Positions 35,155-37,485 of a DNA stretch of 37,485 bases are shown one piece after another. How positions within the stretch are numbered: position 1 is the stretch's first letter; each line of letters starts with the position of its first letter. A program made the position numbers and the translations under genes. Where the stretch lies: NCBI GenBank assembly GCA_018900975.1, contig JAHIFK010000234.1, forward strand, positions 1 to 37,485. The letters are read 5' to 3'. The stretch comes from Methanobacteriota archaeon. GTDB taxonomy: Archaea; Halobacteriota; Methanosarcinia; Methanosarcinales; Methanoperedenaceae. The notes under the pieces are model-generated. The model had not been told where the DNA came from. It saw only the letters and a program-made list of their open reading frames with translations, and did not search any database.

Positions 35155-35170
35155 ATATATAAGGCTTTCG
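35155..35170 (-). promoter_or_regulatory. BRE/TATA promoter with no downstream CDS (may drive the tRNA-like RNA)
   Basis: Minus strand reads CGAAAGCC-TTATATAT, a close match to the archaeal consensus. Confidence 0.55.
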
Positions 35171-35198
35171 CTGTCGTATTATTAAAAATATATTTAAT

Positions 35199-36062
35199 TT
35201 ACTGCATATTTTTAAGTATCCTGACTATGTCATCAGGACTTCTGCCCACAGTTATGCCGGCGCGTTCAAATGCCTGGATCTTTTCAAGCGCAGTGCCGCC
35301 GCCCGACGATACTATTGCTCCTGCGTGCCCCATGGTCTTACCCGGAGGCGCGGATACACCCACCACATAAGCGATTACGGGCTTACTCATCTGCTTTATA
35401 AGATCGATAGCGTCCTGCTCTGCTGTTCCCCCTATCTCCCCTACCATCACGACAGCGTGTGTTTCCGGGTCTTCCTCGAACAATCTCAATATTTCAACAA
35501 ATGAAGTTCCTGCTATCGGGTCGCCTCCTATGCCCACGGACGTTGACTGGCCTATCCCGCCTTTTGATAGCAGGTCTATTATTTCGTATGTTAGAGTCCC
35601 GCTCCTTGAAACAAGCCCCACGTTCCCGGGGCGGTGAATCGGGTTTGGCATTATCCCTGTTTTTGATACTCCGGGAGTGGTTATTCCAGGGCAGTTGGGG
35701 CCAATTAGCATGCACGATGACTTTTCAAGATAGGCGCACACGCGCATCATATCATGCACCGGGATGCCTTCAGTGATGCACACGATAAGTCCTATGCCGC
35801 TGTCGCAGGCTTCGTAAATAGCGTCAGCAGCGAACTTAGGGGGAACAAAAATGACGGAAGCATTCGGCTTTTCCGCGTCGACCGCCTCTGCAACAGAGTT
35901 AAAGACCGGAACCCCATTGAACTTACTTCCACCCTTTCCAGGTGTTACGCCTGCTACAACATTCGTCCCGAAATCAAGCATCTGTTTTGTCTGGAAAGAC
36001 CCTACGCTGCCAGTTATTCCCTGTACAAGAAGCCTTGTTTTCTTATCAATCAGGATGCCCAA
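35199..36062 (-). CDS. sucD: Succinyl-CoA synthetase alpha subunit
   Basis: [41 protein letters not shown] and MGHAGA (phospho-His) motifs. Confidence 0.95.
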   Translation of the reverse strand: MGILIDKKTRLLVQGITGSVGSFQTKQMLDFGTNVVAGVTPGKGGSKFNGVPVFNSVAEAVDAEKPNASVIFVPPKFAADAIYEACDSGIGLIVCITEGIPVHDMMRVCAYLEKSSCMLIGPNCPGITTPGVSKTGIMPNPIHRPGNVGLVSRSGTLTYEIIDLLSKGGIGQSTSVGIGGDPIAGTSFVEILRLFEEDPETHAVVMVGEIGGTAEQDAIDLIKQMSKPVIAYVVGVSAPPGKTMGHAGAIVSSGGGTALEKIQAFERAGITVGRSPDDIVRILKNMQ

Positions 36063-37140
36063 GAGCTACCGCCTCCTTCGCTGCTTCTTCAGATGTTGAC
36101 GCAAGTATCATGCCGTGTTCTTCAAGCATCCGCTTTCCTTCCTCCTCGTTAGTCCCTGTTAGCCTGATGACTATTGGTAATTTAACCCCTGAATTGATTA
36201 TCCCGCGTGCGACTTCGTCGCATTTTGTGATGCCTCCGAAGATATTGATCACTATAGCCTTCACGTTCTTGTTGGAAGATACAAGACGCATCGCGATCTT
36301 CATTTGATCTTCGTTCGCCCCTGCCCTTACGTCCATAAAATTAGCAGCTTCGCCGCCATAGTGTTTTATCATATCAAGCGTTGCCATAGCAAGACCGGCG
36401 CCGTTGACGATGCACCCTATATACCCATCAAGTCCCACATAGCTCATTCCGTTCTTCCTTGCGGTCGCAGATGGCGTGTCCTCTTCTTCCTCTTCGAACT
36501 CTTGCCTGAACATGGCATTATCGTCAATATTCATTTTTGCATCAAGCGCCAGAACGCCCCGCGCGGTCAGAGCAAGCGGGTTTATTTCAGCGAGCGTACA
36601 GTCGTGGTCAGTAAAGACACGATACAGTTTTTTAATTATATCTGTAACTACGGTGTTCCCTTTATCAAGGAACTGTGAAAGTCCTCTTGCCTGGTAATCA
36701 TGAAGTCCTGTCAGTGGGTCGATGTGCAATCTCATGATCTTTTCAGGCGATGTCCTTGCGACCTCTTCGATGTCCATACCGCCTTCAGAGCTTGCTATAA
36801 TTATGGGGCGGCGCTTCTTGCGGTCGATGGTAATTCCAAGGTACATCTCTTTTTCCGGTTTTACGTATTCCTCGACAAGGAGCTTTTTCACCCTGAGTCC
36901 TTTTATGGACATGCCCAGGATGCGACGCGCGCTCTGTTCAGCTTCCTGCACAGTTGCAGCTGTGAGTATTCCTCCAGCTTTCCCGCGCCCGCCTGATGCG
37001 ACCTGCGCTTTAAGTACAACTTTTCCCAATTTCCAGGCGCGGTCTTTTGCCTCTTGTGCATCTACTATCAGGCTGCTTTGCGGCACAGGTATCCCGTACC
37101 TTGAGAAAACCTCCTTGGCAGCGTGTTCATGCAGCATCAT
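36046..37140 (-). CDS. sucC: Succinyl-CoA synthetase beta subunit
   Basis: [22 protein letters not shown]...[17 protein letters not shown] and [10 protein letters not shown] motifs. Confidence 0.95.
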   Translation of the reverse strand: MMLHEHAAKEVFSRYGIPVPQSSLIVDAQEAKDRAWKLGKVVLKAQVASGGRGKAGGILTAATVQEAEQSARRILGMSIKGLRVKKLLVEEYVKPEKEMYLGITIDRKKRRPIIIASSEGGMDIEEVARTSPEKIMRLHIDPLTGLHDYQARGLSQFLDKGNTVVTDIIKKLYRVFTDHDCTLAEINPLALTARGVLALDAKMNIDDNAMFRQEFEEEEEDTPSATARKNGMSYVGLDGYIGCIVNGAGLAMATLDMIKHYGGEAANFMDVRAGANEDQMKIAMRLVSSNKNVKAIVINIFGGITKCDEVARGIINSGVKLPIVIRLTGTNEEEGKRMLEEHGMILASTSEEAAKEAVALGHPD

Positions 37141-37250
37141 GGTTTCCCCTTTCCAAATAACATTAATACCTTATATGGCTTTATGGAAAAGTAATTTAAA
37201 TAAGTATCTACAATAACAAGACAGATTAATTAAAATGGAGCAACCTGATT

Positions 37251-37485
37251 TTGCCATCACATCTATTATCTATTGCTGATATATCATATACCGACATCAT
37301 TAGCCTGCTTGATACCGCATCTGACCTGAAGGGAAAAAGAACGAGGGGGAAAGCATCCGCTTCATTAAAGAATAAAACTCTTGGAATGCTGTTTGAAAAA
37401 TCTTCAACACGCACTCGCATTTCTTTCGAAGTGGCGATGACAGAACTTGGCGGGCATGCGATATATTTGAACTACAGGGATAGCC
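37251..37485 (+). CDS. argF: Ornithine carbamoyltransferase, 5' part (runs off the window; not in the ORF track)
   Basis: From the TTG at 37251 (GGAG upstream): PSHLLSIAD...[35 protein letters not shown]. Confidence 0.92.
   Translation, partial: MPSHLLSIADISYTDIISLLDTASDLKGKRTRGKASASLKNKTLGMLFEKSSTRTRISFEVAMTELGGHAIYLNYRDS

Noticed and set aside
1-37485. CRISPR array, IS element or diversity-generating retroelement
   Set aside because: No regularly spaced repeat-spacer array, transposase or reverse transcriptase seen; the effector repeats differ at all base types rather than only at adenines.

Overview
Archaeal chromosome segment, Methanosarcinales-like and plausibly Ca. Methanoperedens (inferred from gene content only). 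Housekeeping flanks are purP-family ligase, aIF-2beta-TRAM, rpl10e and tRNA-Ile(GAU) on the left, and a metallophosphoesterase, argG, sucD, sucC and a partial argF on the right. Between them lies a ~29.5 kb all-plus-strand extracellular contractile injection system (eCIS, Afp/PVC-like) locus at ~3140-32631. It encodes an AAA ATPase, DUF4255 cap, one sheath, two tubes, a tail chaperone with a -1 frameshift extension missing from the ORF track, a putative tape measure, LysM tube initiator, split VgrG, PAAR, gp25, two baseplate-J proteins, gpI and an Ig-repeat tail fibre. Most unusual: the fibre ends in a Lys/Glu/Asp/Thr repeat plus a FIRPEERPD motif and is translationally coupled to two ATP-grasp genes, suggesting RiPP (graspetide)-like modification of an injection-system fibre. 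Four DUF4157 polymorphic effectors follow, with different C-terminal domains: permuted papain-like, Cys-rich unknown, hydrophobic pore-former-like, and Zn-phospholipase C plus annexin-like. A tRNA-mimic element lies between argG and sucD. All family calls come from motif recognition; no searches were run.
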